A DNA stretch of 64,000 bases from an uncultured Planctomycetales bacterium (GTDB taxonomy: Bacteria > Omnitrophota > Gorgyraeia > Zapsychrales > JANLHA01), in the NCBI GenBank assembly GCA_964489065.1, contig CAZAXH010000006.1:66867-130866 (forward strand). Reading direction: 5' to 3'. The position numbers and the translations under genes are program-made. The notes under the pieces were generated by a model, which saw nothing but the letters and a program-made list of their open reading frames with translations, had not been told where the DNA came from and searched no databases. Positions 46,113 to 55,895 of this stretch are shown one piece after another. Each line of letters opens with the position of its first letter. The first letter of the stretch is position 1.

Positions 46113-46994
46113 TTATGATTTGATAAGATTAAAGTCTTTGAGTACATTTTTCAGTTTGTCCCTGTTGCTCTCCGACATGGGAGACAGCGGCAAGCGCAGC
46201 TCGTCCGGGCAAAGTCTCATCAGCCCCATTGCGGTCTTGACCGGGATGGGATTAGTTTCCAAAAACAGGGCCTGCACCAAAGGCAGCAGCCGGTAGTACC
46301 TGTCCTGGGCCTTTTTAACGTGTCCGTCAGCATAAGCGGTGATAATCTGGACGATGTCCTGTGGCACGATGTTGGCGGCCACCGAGATGACCCCTTTCCC
46401 TCCGATGCTTAAGACGGGTAGGAGAAGCGCGTCATCACCGGAGAGCAGTAAGAATTCTTCAGGGCAAAGCCGCTTGATGTCCTGCATCTGGGCCAGGGAC
46501 CCGGATGCCTCTTTGACCCCGATGATTGTTTTACAGTCTTGTGCCAGCTGCGCTATGGTGGCGGGCTCAATGTTGCAGGCGGTCCGGCCAGGAATATTAT
46601 AAAGGATAATCGGGATATCTACAGCCGTCGCGATGGCTTTAAAATGGGCGTAGAGGCCTTTTTGCGTGGGTTTATTGTAATATGGGCTCACGATCAACAC
46701 GGCATCCGCGCCTGCTTCGGCGGCGTGCCGGGTTAATTCCACGGCTTCGGCGGTTGAATTGGACCCGGTCCCTGCGATCACCGGAACCCGCCCTTCAGCG
46801 GCTTTGATGCATATCTCAATGACCCGGTTATGCTCTTCGTAGGACAAGGTCGGGGATTCCCCGGTCGTCCCACACGGGACGATTCCATTCGTGCCGTTAT
46901 GGATTTGAAAATCAACCAGTTCGGTTAATTTTTTTTCGTCAACTTTCCCGTTCTTGAAAGGCGTTACAAGTGCGACAATGGAACCACTGATCAT
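46113..46994 (-). CDS. dapA: 4-hydroxy-tetrahydrodipicolinate synthase
   Basis: GSIVALVTPF, GTTGE, catalytic Lys region (GVKEASG). Confidence 0.9.
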   Translation of the reverse strand: MISGSIVALVTPFKNGKVDEKKLTELVDFQIHNGTNGIVPCGTTGESPTLSYEEHNRVIEICIKAAEGRVPVIAGTGSNSTAEAVELTRHAAEAGADAVLIVSPYYNKPTQKGLYAHFKAIATAVDIPIILYNIPGRTACNIEPATIAQLAQDCKTIIGVKEASGSLAQMQDIKRLCPEEFLLLSGDDALLLPVLSIGGKGVISVAANIVPQDIVQIITAYADGHVKKAQDRYYRLLPLVQALFLETNPIPVKTAMGLMRLCPDELRLPLSPMSESNRDKLKNVLKDFNLIKS

Positions 46995-47041
46995 TTCACG
47001 TTTCCCCTGTTCGTTAATTTTTCGGATTTCGCTCCGAGCGG

Positions 47042-47875
47042 TTAAATAAAAAATTGACCTTGTGCGATAAAATGGGCGCTGCCTTTCAGATGGACATTTT
47101 TTAATTGGCCGTGGGCCACGTCAAAAATGACTTTCAGGACTTCGCCGCTTTGTGTTAAGACATCCATGCTGGCCCCGGTGACGGTATCTTCGCCAGGGTG
47201 CGTTTTCATAAACGTGACCAACGCGGCGGCGACGCTGCCGGTCCCGCACGCTTTGGTTTCGGCCTCGACCCCCCGTTCGTATGTTCTTATGCCCACCAGA
47301 CCGGGTTTGAGCTGTTCCACAAAATTCACGTTGGTGCCCCGCGGCATGAATTTTTTATGATAACGAAACGCAGGCGCGATCCGGTTGACATCGATATCTT
47401 TTAAACGGTCCACGTAGATAATGATATGCGGAACGCCCGTGTCAATGTATTGGACGGTCACGCGGCGCTTGTTGACCGTGAGGGCAATGTCCGGCCGGTA
47501 ATCGGTCGGCGGGCTTAACCTCACGCGCGCCTGTTCCTCCCGGGCTTCGGCGTCAAGAATGCCCGCCAGGGTTTCGATGGTAAACGTGGCCTGTCCGTGC
47601 CCTTCCCTTTTATAACGGGCGATATAAGCCGCCAGGCACCGTGCCCCGTTGCCGCACATTTCAGCTTCCGATCCGTCGGCATTGATGATTCTCATCCGGT
47701 ACTCTGCTTTACGGGATTGTCCCAGGATGAGCAAACCGTCCGCCCCGATGCCGTTTGTGCGGTCGCACATGGCCGGGGCCAGTTTTTTAAGCGGCAGCCC
47801 TTTCACGTCTTCAAGCACAAGGAAGTCATTCCCCGCGCCTGACATTTTAATAAAATTAATGGTTTTTTGCTTCAT
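47042..47875 (-). CDS. dapF: Diaminopimelate epimerase
   Basis: FIKMSGAGNDFLVL, two catalytic Cys (MCGNGARC, KACGTGS). Confidence 0.9.
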   Translation of the reverse strand: MKQKTINFIKMSGAGNDFLVLEDVKGLPLKKLAPAMCDRTNGIGADGLLILGQSRKAEYRMRIINADGSEAEMCGNGARCLAAYIARYKREGHGQATFTIETLAGILDAEAREEQARVRLSPPTDYRPDIALTVNKRRVTVQYIDTGVPHIIIYVDRLKDIDVNRIAPAFRYHKKFMPRGTNVNFVEQLKPGLVGIRTYERGVEAETKACGTGSVAAALVTFMKTHPGEDTVTGASMDVLTQSGEVLKVIFDVAHGQLKNVHLKGSAHFIAQGQFFI

Positions 47876-47902
47876 TTTAAGTCACCTGGTTATGGCCTGG
47901 GC

Positions 47903-49156
47903 TTACAGGAATTCCGGGATTTTTTCTCCCCGGATCAGGTCTTCAAACGTTTCCCTCTCCCGGACAACCGCGTATTGGTTGCCCTTGACCATGACTTCCG
48001 GGACCCGGCAACGGGCGTTGTAATTGCTGGACATCGCAAATCCATAAGCCCCGGCGCTCATGACCGCGAGCAGTTCCCCCGGCGGTAAAACCGGAAGTTG
48101 CCTGGCTTTTCCCAGAAAGTCTCCGCTTTCACAGATCGGGCCCACAACGTCTAATTGGACGGCGGGACCCGGAGTTTCTTTCACGGGCACGATTTCATGA
48201 TAAGCGCCGTAAAAAGAAGGGCGGATGAGGTCGTTCATCCCGCCGTCAACGATAAGAAATTTTTTATAACCGTTGTCCTTAAAATACAGGACTCTGGTGA
48301 CGAGGATCCCGGCATTGCCCGCGATAAAACGTCCCGGTTCCATAACGATCTTCAGCCCGCTTTTTTTAAGGCACGGCAACACGGCCTCAGCGAACTCCTG
48401 GGCGGTCTGCGGTTTTTCGTCTTTGTAGATGATGCCTAGGCCTCCGCCGATATCGAGGTATTCAATGGTCATGCCTTCTGTTTTAAGCTCTTCAATAAAT
48501 TCGGTCACGCGCGTGATGGCCTTGATAAAGGGAGCGCTGTTCACGATTTGCGATCCGATGTGGATATGCAGGCCGATGATCTGGATATGGGTATGCCTGT
48601 TGGACTCTTTTAAGAGTTGCTTGGCTGACGTCAGATCGATCCCGAATTTGTTTTTTAAGGTCCCGGTGGTGATGAATTCATGTGTTGTGGCCTCCACGTC
48701 CGGGTTGATGCGGATCGCGACCGGAGCGGTCATGCCTCCTTTTTCAGCGATGTGGTTGATCCTCTCCAATTCGGCGGATGATTCAACGTTGAAGAATAAA
48801 ATTCCTGTTTCCAGTGCGGCCAGGATTTCCTCATCGGTTTTCCCGACCGAGGCATAGACTATTTTTTGGGGATCCGCCTGGATCTTCCGGGATTTTTTTA
48901 GTTCCCCGCCGGATACAATGTCCAGGCCCGCTCCGGCCTTAACGAGGGCCTTCAGGACCGCGAGGTTCCCGTTGGCCTTCATGGCAAAACAGATGACTGG
49001 CTTCACGGCCGCAAACGCCGTTTGGATTTTGAGGAAATGGTCCAGCAGGGTCTTGTGACTGTAAAGATAAAAAGGCGTCCCCACGGCTTGAGCGATATCG
49101 GCCACAGGAATATGTTCGCAATATAATTCTTTATTTTTAAAATGGAAGTCATGCAT
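47903..49156 (-). CDS. lysA: Diaminopimelate decarboxylase
   Basis: PLP fold III: FAMKAN, LDIGGG, EPGR, ESGD motifs. Confidence 0.9.
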   Translation of the reverse strand: MHDFHFKNKELYCEHIPVADIAQAVGTPFYLYSHKTLLDHFLKIQTAFAAVKPVICFAMKANGNLAVLKALVKAGAGLDIVSGGELKKSRKIQADPQKIVYASVGKTDEEILAALETGILFFNVESSAELERINHIAEKGGMTAPVAIRINPDVEATTHEFITTGTLKNKFGIDLTSAKQLLKESNRHTHIQIIGLHIHIGSQIVNSAPFIKAITRVTEFIEELKTEGMTIEYLDIGGGLGIIYKDEKPQTAQEFAEAVLPCLKKSGLKIVMEPGRFIAGNAGILVTRVLYFKDNGYKKFLIVDGGMNDLIRPSFYGAYHEIVPVKETPGPAVQLDVVGPICESGDFLGKARQLPVLPPGELLAVMSAGAYGFAMSSNYNARCRVPEVMVKGNQYAVVRERETFEDLIRGEKIPEFL

Positions 49157-50504
49157 GGGAAGTTCTTTTCCTTCTTTTTAGGGATTTCTTCGCCTTGACG
49201 GATTTCTCCGGGTTTATAATTTCCTGGACAACTTGTGTGTTTAATAAAGGATGAATTTGTTGCAAGGTTTTATCATCCATTGCTTTGATGTCCGTGCCGG
49301 AGGTGTTTTTCATCTGGATCAGCTGCCCGATCAAATGATGGGCTTGTTTGAAAGGCACCTTATTTTGCACCAGATAATCAGCCAGGTCTGTCGCATACAA
49401 GGATTCGTCGTCTAGGTGTTTCCGGATCCGATCTTCTTTCAGTTGAAGATGATCCAGCAATGACGCTAGAATCTGCAGACTTTCCTGGACAATACGGAAT
49501 GAATCAAACAACGGCTCTTTATCCAGCTGCATGTCGCGGTTGTAGGTCATGGGGAGCCCTTTCATAACGACCAGAACGCTGATTAGGTTTCCGTAGAGTC
49601 GACCGGTGTACCCTCGGATGAGCTCCAGCACATCGGGATTTTTTTTCTGTGGCATAAGCGAGCTGCCGGTGCAGAACGCGTCGGATAATTCCGCGAAACC
49701 GAATTCTGTGGTGGCCCATAGAATGAGGTCTTCCGATAACCTGGATAAATGCATGCCCGTAATGGCCAGGCTGGACAAAATATCAATAATGAAATCACGG
49801 TCACTGACGGTGTCCAGGGAATTTGTGGCCGGCGAAATGTCTTTGTCCCAGTCCGGGTTGATCGGCTGGCTGTAAAACGCCGCCGGCAGGAATGTCCCGG
49901 CAAGCGCCCCGGAGCCCATGGTTAATTGGATATTATTATAAATCCTCAGCAACCGGCTTTCGTCCCGCTCCGCCATTTGAATGAAGGCGTCGCAGTACAT
50001 GGGAAACGCCACGGGAATCGCGTGTTGTAAGTGAGTGAAGCCGGGCATGATGACGCGGGCGTGCCTTTGCCCTAACTGGGACAGGCTTTTCATGTAGGTC
50101 AGGAGCTTCCGTTCCGTCACGAGAAGCTGTTCCAGGCAGTACCATTTTGTGTCCAGCACGACCTGGTCATTGCGGGAGCGGCAGGTGTGCAGTTTTAAAG
50201 CCGCACTCCCGGCGTACCCTGGTTTTTCCAGCAGGCTCTGGATGTAAGAATGGATATCCTCAACCCCCGGGTCAGGCTTGAATGTCCCTTTTTCGATTGT
50301 GTCGAGGATTTTATTAAGCCCGGTTTGCAGTTGGTGAAATTCCTGCTGTCTTAACAGGCCGGCCTGCTTTAAAACATGAATATGCGCGAGGGAGCCCCAA
50401 CAGTCAAATTTGGCTAACCGCTGGTCATAATGAATGGATCGCGTGAAATTTTCTACGGCCGTGTCTGTCTCCTGAGAAAAGCGTCCGCCCCACAATTTGC
50501 TCAT
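49149..50504 (-). CDS. argH: Argininosuccinate lyase
   Basis: Start taken at MSKLWGGRF (ATG at 50504..50502). Fumarate-lyase signature GSSLMPQKKNPD. Confidence 0.9.
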   Translation of the reverse strand: MSKLWGGRFSQETDTAVENFTRSIHYDQRLAKFDCWGSLAHIHVLKQAGLLRQQEFHQLQTGLNKILDTIEKGTFKPDPGVEDIHSYIQSLLEKPGYAGSAALKLHTCRSRNDQVVLDTKWYCLEQLLVTERKLLTYMKSLSQLGQRHARVIMPGFTHLQHAIPVAFPMYCDAFIQMAERDESRLLRIYNNIQLTMGSGALAGTFLPAAFYSQPINPDWDKDISPATNSLDTVSDRDFIIDILSSLAITGMHLSRLSEDLILWATTEFGFAELSDAFCTGSSLMPQKKNPDVLELIRGYTGRLYGNLISVLVVMKGLPMTYNRDMQLDKEPLFDSFRIVQESLQILASLLDHLQLKEDRIRKHLDDESLYATDLADYLVQNKVPFKQAHHLIGQLIQMKNTSGTDIKAMDDKTLQQIHPLLNTQVVQEIINPEKSVKAKKSLKRRKRTSHA

Positions 50505-50550
50505 GTGAACCTCTCTGGCTTTGCGATGCCTGCGTAGAATCCCGGGATGG

Positions 50551-51723
50551 TTATAAGCGCTGGTACGGCAGACTCCATAGCCGGTTAAAACCTTCCGCGA
50601 GTTTCTGGTTGAATACGTCTTTATCCCCGTAAGTCGCCAGTTCAAGTTTATAGCGCGAAAACGGGGACTTTCTTCCTGTTACTATGCAGCTTCCTTTATA
50701 TAGTTTCAAGCGGACCGTGCCGGTTAATTCTTCCTGGGTCTGAGCGATCAGGGCGTCAAGCTGTTTTTTCATCGGGGTTTCCCATAGCCCGTAGTAAACC
50801 ATTTCAGCGTATTTATAAGCCAGCACATGCTTGAAGTGAACCGTTTCCCTGTCCAGGACCAGATATTCCAGTTCCTGGTGGGCCAGATGCAGGATTGTGC
50901 CCGCGGGATTTTCATAAATTTCCCGTGACTTAATTCCGACCAGCCGGTTTTCAACCGCATCCACCCGACCTATCCCGTGGCGGCCGCCGATGTCATTCAA
51001 GGTCTGGATCATGACCACAGGGTTAAGTGATTTTCCGTTCAGTTTGGCCGGGATCCCTTTTATAAAACTGATTTCTATGTTTTCCGGCTTTTGCGGCGCG
51101 GTTTGCGGGTTTTTGGTCATCTGGTAGATCTCTTCCGGCGGTTCGGTCCAGGGATCTTCTAAAACCCCGCATTCAATGCTGCGGCCGTAAAGGTTTTTAT
51201 CGATGCTATACGGGCTCTTCTTGGTGACATCCACGGGAATGCGGTGCTGGCGCGCGTATTCGATTTCTTCTTCCCGCGTTTTGAATTCCCATATGCGCAC
51301 GGGCGCGATTTGCTCCAGTTTTGGGTTTAGGATCGACACGGTGGTTTCAAATCGGACTTGGTCATTGCCTTTTCCGGTGCAGCCGTGGGCCACGGCCGCG
51401 GCGTCTTCTTTTTTTGCGATCTCAACGAGGTGCCTGGCTATAAGCGGCCGGGATAGGGCTGTCGCCAACAGGTATTTATTTTCATAGATCGCGCCGGCTT
51501 TTAGGGCGGGAAAGACGTAGTCCTGCACGAATTCTTTCTGGAGGTTTAAGACGTAAACCTTGGCCGCGCCTGTTCTCATCGCCCGTTGCCGGATTGTTTT
51601 AAAATCTTCATTTTGCCCTACGTCGGCGATGAAAGCGATGACTTGATAATCGCGGTCCGTCAGCCATTTGATCGCACAGGACGTGTCCAGGCCGCCTGAA
51701 TAGGCCAAAACAACTTTTTTCAT
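50551..51723 (-). CDS. argG: Argininosuccinate synthase
   Basis: VVLAYSGGLDTS PP-loop, 390 aa. Confidence 0.9.
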   Translation of the reverse strand: MKKVVLAYSGGLDTSCAIKWLTDRDYQVIAFIADVGQNEDFKTIRQRAMRTGAAKVYVLNLQKEFVQDYVFPALKAGAIYENKYLLATALSRPLIARHLVEIAKKEDAAAVAHGCTGKGNDQVRFETTVSILNPKLEQIAPVRIWEFKTREEEIEYARQHRIPVDVTKKSPYSIDKNLYGRSIECGVLEDPWTEPPEEIYQMTKNPQTAPQKPENIEISFIKGIPAKLNGKSLNPVVMIQTLNDIGGRHGIGRVDAVENRLVGIKSREIYENPAGTILHLAHQELEYLVLDRETVHFKHVLAYKYAEMVYYGLWETPMKKQLDALIAQTQEELTGTVRLKLYKGSCIVTGRKSPFSRYKLELATYGDKDVFNQKLAEGFNRLWSLPYQRL

Positions 51724-51746
51724 TTTTATTTTCTCCTGAAGGTAGA

Positions 51747-52661
51747 TTAAGAAAAAAGAAACAGTAAAATCGCTTTTTGTATATGCAGCCTGTTTTCCGC
51801 TTGGTCGAAGACGATGGAATGGGCCCCGTCAATCACTCCAGCTGTCACTTCCTCTCCTCGGTGCGCCGGAAGACAATGCATAAAAATACAATTGTTGTGC
51901 GCCTGGGACAACAGCGCGGTGTTAATCTGATAATCCCGGAATATTTTTACCCGGCTGTCGTGTTCTTCTTCCTGCCCCATGCTGGCCCAAACATCCGTGT
52001 AAATCACATGGGCGTCACGGGCCGCTTCCCACGGGTCATGGGTCAGGGACACGGCGGCGTTAAACGGCTTGGCTTCTTCCTGAGCCGTTTTAAGGATTTC
52101 CAAATTAGGCTCATAGCCCGGCGGGGTCGCAACAGCGACATTCATGCCGACTTTGGCGCCCCCCAGCATCAGGGAATGACACACGTTATTGCCGTCGCCT
52201 ATGTATGCCAGCTTCAGACCTTTGAGTTCCGAAAATTTTTCTTGAATCGACATGAGGTCCGCTAAGGCCTGACACGGGTGATATAAATCCGATAATCCGT
52301 TGATAACAGGGATGCTTGCCGTCCGGCTTAACTCTACGATATCGTCATGCTTGAACGTCCTGGCCACGATCCCGTCCAGGTACCGGGACAGCGTTGCGGC
52401 GACATCCGCGGTGGATTCTCTTTTTCCCAAGTTGATCTCCCCCGGCCCCAGGTAAAGGCATTTTCCTCCAAGTTGATGAATCCCCACTTCAAAAGAAACA
52501 CGGGTGCGGTTGGATGGCTTTTGAAAAATAAGGACGATGGTCTTGTCTTTCAGAACCGACGAAGCGCCATGCCGGTCGGCTTTCAGCCGGCCGGCTTCCT
52601 TGAGCAGATAATGGATTTCAACGCTGGTGAGGTCTTTTAAACTTAAGAGATCTTTCTTCAT
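51747..52661 (-). CDS. argF: Ornithine carbamoyltransferase
   Basis: STRTRVSFE carbamoyl-phosphate motif, HCLP. Confidence 0.85.
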   Translation of the reverse strand: MKKDLLSLKDLTSVEIHYLLKEAGRLKADRHGASSVLKDKTIVLIFQKPSNRTRVSFEVGIHQLGGKCLYLGPGEINLGKRESTADVAATLSRYLDGIVARTFKHDDIVELSRTASIPVINGLSDLYHPCQALADLMSIQEKFSELKGLKLAYIGDGNNVCHSLMLGGAKVGMNVAVATPPGYEPNLEILKTAQEEAKPFNAAVSLTHDPWEAARDAHVIYTDVWASMGQEEEHDSRVKIFRDYQINTALLSQAHNNCIFMHCLPAHRGEEVTAGVIDGAHSIVFDQAENRLHIQKAILLFLFS

Positions 52662-53851
52662 GATATCTTCCCGCTGAGTTCTCGGAAGGCTTTATCCAGA
52701 ATGCCCATCGCTTTTTGAGCCTGTTTTTCCGTGACATTCAGGGCCGGCATGAGCCGCAGAACCTTCTGATGGGTACAGTTGATCAGAAGCCCTTTTTCAA
52801 AACATGACTGGACAATAGGTTGCCCCGGGATAGAAAGTTCCACCCCGATCATCAACCCGAGGCCCCGTACGTCGGTGATAACGGCGTGTTTTTCTTTAAG
52901 CCGGGATAATTCTTGCAATATGAATTTTCCCATTTTTTTCGTGTTTTGCAACATTTTTTGTGAATAAATGGCTTTAAATACGCCCAAAGCAGCTTTGCAT
53001 ACGAGAGGGCTGCCCCCGAATGTGGAAGCGTGCATTCCGGGTTTAAAGGTGTCTGTAATGCCGTCTCTGATGACGAGCACGCCGATCGGCAGCCCTCCTC
53101 CCAGGGCTTTGGCCAACATCATGCCGTCCGGCCGCACGTTGTAATGCTTCAAGGCGAACATCTCGCCTGTCCGTCCCATACCTGTCTGGACTTCATCAAA
53201 AAAAAGGAGAATGTCTTTTTCATCACAGAGTTTCCGGAGTCCTTGAACATAATCTTTGCGGGCGATGTTAATCCCGCCTTCTCCCTGGACTAATTCAAGG
53301 ATAACGGCGACGGTTTTGTCCGTGACGGCGTCGGCGACAGCCTGCAGATTATTAAACGGAACCGTTTTAAACCCTTCTGGCAACGGGGCGAACCCGTCCT
53401 GATATTTTGCCTGTCCGGTTGCGGTTAAGGCTCCCAGGGTGCGCCCGTGAAAAGAATTTTCCATGGTGATGATTTCAAAGCGTTTTTTCTTCCCGTAAGC
53501 CCGGGCGAATTTAATGGCGCTTTCGCATGCCTCCGCCCCGGAATTACAAAAAAACACTTTCCCCGGGAACGATGCGCGGATGATTTCTTTCGCGCACTGG
53601 GCCTGACCGGGATGGTAAAGGTTGTTGGGGATATGAATCAGTTTCCCGATTTGGTCCCGGACCGCGGCCATCACTTTGGGATGGCAGTGCCCCACACTGT
53701 TGACCCCCCAGCCGGGGAAGAAATCAAGATATTTTTTACCGGAAATATCTTCCAGTGTCATCCCTTTCCCTTTGACAAAGATGACCGGCAGCCGGGTGTA
53801 CGTGTTGAGGATGTAGTGTTCGTAGCCCTGAAAAATTTCATTTTTTTTCAT
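52658..53851 (-). CDS. argD: Acetylornithine aminotransferase
   Basis: Class III aminotransferase: DEVQTGMGRTG, PLP Lys context. Confidence 0.85.
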   Translation of the reverse strand: MKKNEIFQGYEHYILNTYTRLPVIFVKGKGMTLEDISGKKYLDFFPGWGVNSVGHCHPKVMAAVRDQIGKLIHIPNNLYHPGQAQCAKEIIRASFPGKVFFCNSGAEACESAIKFARAYGKKKRFEIITMENSFHGRTLGALTATGQAKYQDGFAPLPEGFKTVPFNNLQAVADAVTDKTVAVILELVQGEGGINIARKDYVQGLRKLCDEKDILLFFDEVQTGMGRTGEMFALKHYNVRPDGMMLAKALGGGLPIGVLVIRDGITDTFKPGMHASTFGGSPLVCKAALGVFKAIYSQKMLQNTKKMGKFILQELSRLKEKHAVITDVRGLGLMIGVELSIPGQPIVQSCFEKGLLINCTHQKVLRLMPALNVTEKQAQKAMGILDKAFRELSGKIS

Positions 53852-53860
53852 CGCGTGCCT

Positions 53861-54715
53861 TTATTTCTTTATAATTTGGGTTCCAATACCACGGTCGGTA
53901 AAAATTTCCAGCAGCAGCGCATGCCGCATCCGTGCGTCAATAATGTGTGTCTTTTTGACACCCCCTAGGAGCGCCTTCATGCAGGATTCCACTTTTGGGA
54001 TCATCCCGCCTTCAATGATTTTTTCCCTGATCAAATTCTCAATTTCATCGGCCTGCAGGGTGGAGATGAGGGAGTTCGGGTCATCGGCTTTCCGCATCAC
54101 CCCAGTCACGTTCGTCAGGAGAACAAGTTTTTCCGCCTTCATGGAAGACGCGATCGCGCTGGCGACTTCATCCGCGTTCACGTTGTGGGTTTGGCGCTCC
54201 ACGCTGACCCCCATCGGGGAAATCACGGTGATTCGTCCGCGGCGGAGATGTTCCTGGATCGCCTGTTTTTCGATGTTTTTGATCGTCCCCACAAAGCCGA
54301 GTTCCTGCGCCGCACGCTTCTTCTCGACATGAATAATATTTTCCTGGCCTTTCAGCCCGGTGGCATCCCCTTTTAACTCCTTGATTTCCGAAACAATTTT
54401 TTTGTTGAGCTTGTCGAGTTCTTCAGAAACGATGTCAAGAGTGTAGCGGTCGGTGACGCGGATCCCGTTATGAAATACCGGCTTGATCCCGCTTTCTTTC
54501 AGCCGAGTACTGATAAAAGGTCCGCCTCCGTGCACCAGGATAATGCGGATGCCAACGTAGCTCAGAAAGACGATGTCTTCCAGTACGTATTTCCGGATCG
54601 CGTCATTGTCAAGGATGCTGCCGCCGTATTTAATGACAAATATTTTCCGGCGGAAGGAGTGGATATAAGGGATGGCTTCGACCAGAACTCCGGCTTTTTT
54701 AATAATGGATTCCAT
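53861..54715 (-). CDS. argB: Acetylglutamate kinase
   Basis: Amino-acid kinase fold: VIKYGGS, VHGGGP. Confidence 0.9.
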   Translation of the reverse strand: MESIIKKAGVLVEAIPYIHSFRRKIFVIKYGGSILDNDAIRKYVLEDIVFLSYVGIRIILVHGGGPFISTRLKESGIKPVFHNGIRVTDRYTLDIVSEELDKLNKKIVSEIKELKGDATGLKGQENIIHVEKKRAAQELGFVGTIKNIEKQAIQEHLRRGRITVISPMGVSVERQTHNVNADEVASAIASSMKAEKLVLLTNVTGVMRKADDPNSLISTLQADEIENLIREKIIEGGMIPKVESCMKALLGGVKKTHIIDARMRHALLLEIFTDRGIGTQIIKK

Positions 54716-54738
54716 GGTTTTTTCCAGGGTTGATTGGT

Positions 54739-55878
54739 TTAGGTGTAGTCCCCATTTATGCGGACGTACTCATATGACAAGTCAGACGTGTAGACAGTCG
54801 CTGAATGCTTGCCTAGTTGGAGGTCGACAGAAATGCGGATATCTTTTTTATCAAAAGGGCTGAACTTTATTTTTAGGGTTTGTTCGGTCAGCGGAAGGCC
54901 CAGCGAACCCACCGCGGCGGCGACACGCCCCCAGTTAGGGTTGCTCCCGAAGGCCGCGGTCTTGACGAGGTTGGAATTGGCGATTTTCATGGCAACCGTT
55001 TTCGCCATCCGATCGTCCCGGGCTCCGGTGACCGTGATCTCAATAAATTTGGTGGCCCCTTCTCCGTCTTTGACAATCATTTTTGCCAGTTGAAGGCATA
55101 TGTAATTCAGCGCTTGGGAAAACACCCTGAAATCTTTTTGCCCTTCTGAAATCGGGCGGTTCCCGGCCAACCCGTTGGCGAGAACCAGGCACATGTCATT
55201 GGTGCTCATGCATCCGTCCACGGTGATGGAATTGAAGCTTATGTCCGCGGCGTTTTTCAGCGCGGCTTTTAAGCTTTGCGGCTTAATCGCCGCGTCCGTT
55301 GTAATAAAGGCCAGCATCGTAGCCATATTCGGTTCAATCATGCCGGATCCTTTAGCGCAGGCGCCGATGGTCACGGTCTTCCCGCCGATGGAGAGAGAGA
55401 CGGCGGTTTCTTTCGTGAACGTATCCGTTGTGAGAATGCTTTGCGCCGCTAAAGTGCCGTTCCGGACGGATAATTTTTCGGCCAGAGCGGGAATGGCGGT
55501 CAGGATTTTTTTTATGGGCAAAGGTTTCCCGATAATACCGGTAGACGCGACAAGCACATCGGTGTCCGAGAGCCCCAGCTTTCTCGCCGTGAATTCGGCC
55601 ATTTGCTGGGCGTAGACATAGCCGAGATGCCCGGTAAAGCAGTTGGCATTACCGCTGTTGATAATAACCGCCTGGGCTTTGGCGTTCCGCAAATGGTTCT
55701 TCGTGACAACAAGAGGCGCGGCTATAATGGAATTCCGGGTGTAGATGCCGGCGGCGGTGCAGGGCACTTCGCTGGCGATGAGCGCCAGGTCCGGCTTGCC
55801 GGAGCGTTTGAGCCCGCAGTTCATCCCATTGGCTTTAAAGCCTTGAGGTTTCGTTACGCCACCTTTCAGTATTTTCAT
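54739..55878 (-). CDS. argJ: Bifunctional glutamate N-acetyltransferase / amino-acid acetyltransferase
   Basis: ArgJ family: ATML autoproteolysis site (MATMLAFITTDA). Confidence 0.9.
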   Translation of the reverse strand: MKILKGGVTKPQGFKANGMNCGLKRSGKPDLALIASEVPCTAAGIYTRNSIIAAPLVVTKNHLRNAKAQAVIINSGNANCFTGHLGYVYAQQMAEFTARKLGLSDTDVLVASTGIIGKPLPIKKILTAIPALAEKLSVRNGTLAAQSILTTDTFTKETAVSLSIGGKTVTIGACAKGSGMIEPNMATMLAFITTDAAIKPQSLKAALKNAADISFNSITVDGCMSTNDMCLVLANGLAGNRPISEGQKDFRVFSQALNYICLQLAKMIVKDGEGATKFIEITVTGARDDRMAKTVAMKIANSNLVKTAAFGSNPNWGRVAAAVGSLGLPLTEQTLKIKFSPFDKKDIRISVDLQLGKHSATVYTSDLSYEYVRINGDYT

Positions 55879-55895
55879 GATTGATCCTTTTGTCG